DNA of 64,000 nt, taken from Mobula hypostoma. Its lineage: Eukaryota. Within the stretch, counting starts at the first letter, position 1. Each line of letters starts with the position of its first letter. The translations under genes and the position numbers were made by a program. Below are positions 60,705 to 64,000 of the stretch, one piece after another. Below the pieces are notes generated by a model. That model worked only from the letters and a program-made list of their open reading frames with translations, did no database searches and was not told the origin of the DNA. The stretch is from NCBI RefSeq assembly GCF_963921235.1, contig NC_086107.1:106084001-106148000 (forward strand). The letters are read 5' to 3'.

Positions 60705-62317
60705 TGTGACCTGACCAGTGCCTTAAAATCTCAGGACTACATCTGGCATAGAAAGTCTATGAAGGTATCAGGGAAACAAATTGCATGCCTCGCCAGTGAC
60801 TGGATTTAATTGGGGCCTCAGTGCTGGAGCTGCTGGCTTCAAAGTACTGTAACTTAAAGTTCAGATTTATTATCAAAGTACACATACGCCACTATATACT
60901 GCCCTCAGGTTCATTTTCTTGCAGACGGGTACAGAAAAATTAAGAAATACAATAGAATTTATGAAAAACTGTAGAGAAATAAAAACTGACAAACAGCCAA
61001 CGTGCAAATAAAGACAAACCATGCCAAAATAAAAGTAAATAAATAATACTGAGAACATGAATTGTAGAGTTTTTGAAGGTGAGCCTAGAGCAGGGGGTTC
61101 CCATTCTGGGGTCCACAGACCCCCGTGGTCTTTGTAAGCGAGTCCATAGGTTATGGAGTCAGTTCAGCTTTCAGGTGAGTGATGTTATTCATGGTGGTTC
61201 AGGGGCCTGATTTTCCTGAACCTGGTGGTGTGGGACCTAAGGCTCCTGTACCACCTGCCCAATGGCAACAGTGTGAAGACAGCACGTCCTGGATGATAAT
61301 AGTATAAACATTAGTTTCATCATCTTTCCAATAAATTTGGAGAACTTAGCTGAGAAGTTATTGGTGGTACATTTTAAGAGCCTTGCGTTGCCTGCTGTAG
61401 ACTTAGGAAACATACAGAAGAACAGGGATAACGCCGTCTGTTAAACCATGAATATTCTTGTGTCAGGTCTGAAGTCTCAATCTTCAGACTCACTTTTCCT
61501 GAGTTAACCAAAGCCTGTGCTATCACACAGAAAACCATAGTGAACTTCACCACTGATAACCTCCATTGACTTGTTGGATTAGGGTGTTGAATTGGTATAT
61601 TTCTTTTAGCTTGATTTTGCTATGCTTGCTTATATTTTTAAATAATCACCTCTATACTGTATGTGTAACTGTTCAGTAAGTTTTCTAGCAATTGTAGTAT
61701 ATCTGCTTTTGTATTTTCTAGGAGCTTCTCAGTTTTTCTGCAGCAGGTGTCATACCACTTGAATCTGGGAGATGGCGCCAGTGAGCAGCGCGACCACGGG
61801 TGGCATCCTCCAGGCGGGTCACGGAACAACTCCTTTCACTTCTTTCCCGTTCAAGTGTGGTTCTGTTGGAGCCTGTGATCTACATTTTGGCAGCGTGCTT
61901 TTGGGTTGATTGAGCGACGTGGCGATCTGCTGTGTCTGAGGGAGTTCAAGCAAAGTATGCGGCCTGGAGGCCAAGAAGCCTGGAGCTGGGGCATGATCGA
62001 CTTCATTTCTTGACACTCTCACTCAGCAGACTGAAATAATCGAAACAAGTGTGGAAGACGATCGGGTGTTCAGTGCCATCTACCCTGCACATGGGGTGGG
62101 GGGGGGGATGTTTTTCTTTGAATGGGTTCTATGGTTTTCTTTGTTTTGAGGCTGTCTGCGAAAAGAAGAATCTCAGGGTTGTATACTGCATGCATACTTT
62201 GATAATAAATGTATTTTGCATCTTTGTATCTTTTACGATTTCAACAGTTACTTCTTATCAATGGAATAGGCTTTTATCTCTGGCTTGAGTATGAGATAAC
62301 AGTGACTTCTTTTTCCT

Positions 62318-63012
62318 GCAACACACATCAAGGTTGCTGGTGAACGCAGCAGGCCAGGCAGCATCTCTAGGAAGAGGTACAGTCGACGTTTCAGGCTGAG
62401 ACCCTTCGTCAGGGCTAACTGAAGGAAGAGCTAGTAAGAGATTTGAAAGTGGGAGGGGGGGAGATCCAAAATGATAGGAGAAGACAGGAGGGGGAGGGAT
62501 GGAGCCAAGAGCTGGACAGGTGATTGGCAAAAGGGATACGAGAAGATCATGGGACAGGAGGCCCAGGGAGAAGGGGGGGGGAAGCCCAGAGGATGGGCAA
62601 GGGGTACAGTCAGAGAGACAGAGGGAGAAAAAGGAGAGAGAGAGAAAGAATGTGTGTATATAAATAAATAACGGATGGGGTACGAGGGGGAGGTGGAGCA
62701 TTAGCGGAAGTTAGAGAATTCTCCCTGGGCCTCCTGTCCCATGATCCTCTCGTGTCCCTTTTGCCAATCACCTGTCCAGCTCTTGGCTCCATCCCTCCCC
62801 CTCCTGTCTTCTCCTATCATTTTGGATCTCCCCCTCCCCCTCCCACTTTCAAATCTCTTACTCACTCTTCCTTCAGTTAGCCCTGACGAAGAGTCTCAGC
62901 CCGAAGCATCGACTGTACCTCTTCCTAGAGATGCTGCCTGGCCTGCTGCGTTCACCAGCAACTTTGATGAGTGTTGCTTGAATTTCCAGCATCTGCAGAT
63001 TTCCTCGTGTTT
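62318..63012. mobile_element. Inverted pair of Penelope terminal repeats
   Basis: Minus copy 62318-~62720 is joined directly to a plus copy ~62720-63012. The arms are reverse complements over about 250 bp. Confidence 0.9.
62381..62416 (-). ncRNA. Minimal hammerhead ribozyme motif with intact core
   Basis: Minus strand reads AGCC-CTGACGA-AGGGTCTCAGCCT-GAAA-CGTC-GACT. Confidence 0.65.
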
Positions 63013-63481
63013 GCTTCTTTTTCCTCTTCTTTTCTTTGTTCTTTGTTCTTATAACACCTAATAAAATGGCCGTAACCACTAAGTTTTATGTTTCATTCCA
63101 AACTTCCAAAGAACCTCTGGATCAATATCACCAGATCCAACAGCCTAGAGAAGTTCCAGTGACTACAGTAATGGAACTAAGTTGACCAGAACCTGTAATC
63201 CTAATTTAATTACAAAGTTCAAGGTAAATTTATTATCAAGGTGCATACATGTCCTCACATACAACCACGAGATTAATTTTCATAACCATTATATAATCAG
63301 TGAAAGATCACACCAACTTGGGTTTTGCCAATGTGCAAAAGGCAAAAGATTTTGGTGAGGCCAAATTTAGTTCTGGTCTCCGACCAACAAGAAATTTGAC
63401 CGAAGCTGGAAAGCCAAAGCAACGTACACAAAGTGCAGGAGGACCTCAGCAGGTCAGGCAGCATCTGTGGAAGCGAACAAA

Positions 63482-63519
63482 CAGTCAACGTTTCGGGTCG
63501 AGACCCCTCTTCAGGGCTG
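63482..63519 (-). ncRNA. Minimal hammerhead ribozyme motif with intact core, in a Penelope terminal repeat (~63390-63750)
   Basis: Minus strand reads CAGCC-CTGAAGA-GGGGTCTCGACCC-GAAA-CGTT-GACTG. Confidence 0.65.
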
Positions 63520-64000
63520 GAGAGGAAAGGAGAGAAGATACCAGAAAAAAAAGGAGGAGAGCTAGAATGTGATAGGTGAACCCAGGTGGGTGAGAAAGGT
63601 AAGAGGCTGGAGAGGATGGAATCTGAGAGGAGAGGAGAGTGGACCATAGGAGAACGGGAAGGAGGACGGGCATCGGGGGAGATGATAAGCAGATGAGAAA
63701 AAGTAAGAGGCCAGAGTGGGAAATTGAAGAAGAGAGGAGGGGGAGGGAAATGTTTTATCAATAAGCCTGAAAGAGTGCAGAGAATATTGACAGGGATGTC
63801 GCTGGTATGAGTCCTGAGTTACAGGAAGAGGTTGAATAGGTTTGGACTTGATTCCCTGGAGCGCATGAGAATGAGGGGAGTTCGTAAAGAGGAACACAAA
63901 CTTATGAGGGGTACAAACAGGGTGAATGCATACAGGCTCCTCCCCCTGAGGTTGGGAGAAACTAGAGCTAGGAGTATTTAAGAGGAATCTGAGGGCGAGC

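Noticed and set aside
19500..64000. NPTXR exons, expected from human synteny upstream of DNAL4
   Set aside because: No pentraxin-domain translation found in the ORF track or in the unique islands I read.
1..64000. CRISPR array or prokaryotic RT/defence system
   Set aside because: No regularly spaced repeat-spacer array and no operon structure. All RT and nuclease fragments belong to eukaryotic retrotransposons around a spliced vertebrate gene.

Overview
Eukaryotic, TE-dense vertebrate DNA. The mix of CR1, Rex1/Babar, RTE, Penelope-like elements and V-domain SINEs points to a cartilaginous fish, probably a ray (inference). The only host gene I can support is the 5' part of DNAL4 (dynein axonemal light chain 4) on the minus strand. 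It has a predicted non-coding exon 1 and an RFX/ETS/CCAAT promoter near 19.0-19.2 kb, and coding exons at 9988-10056 and 1732-1815; its last coding exon lies left of the window. The rest is mostly nested mobile elements: a full-length, decayed 4 kb RTE LINE with several RTE-dependent SINE or non-autonomous families, CR1, Rex1 and L1 fragments, a Harbinger element, hAT MITEs and solo LTRs. The two most notable observations are (1) about 14 Penelope terminal-repeat copies carrying minimal hammerhead ribozyme motifs, some in inverted pairs, and (2) a 447 bp foldback element with hAT ends and an 8 bp TSD whose arms carry an inverted Tc1 transposase fragment. All calls were made by eye; no searches were run.
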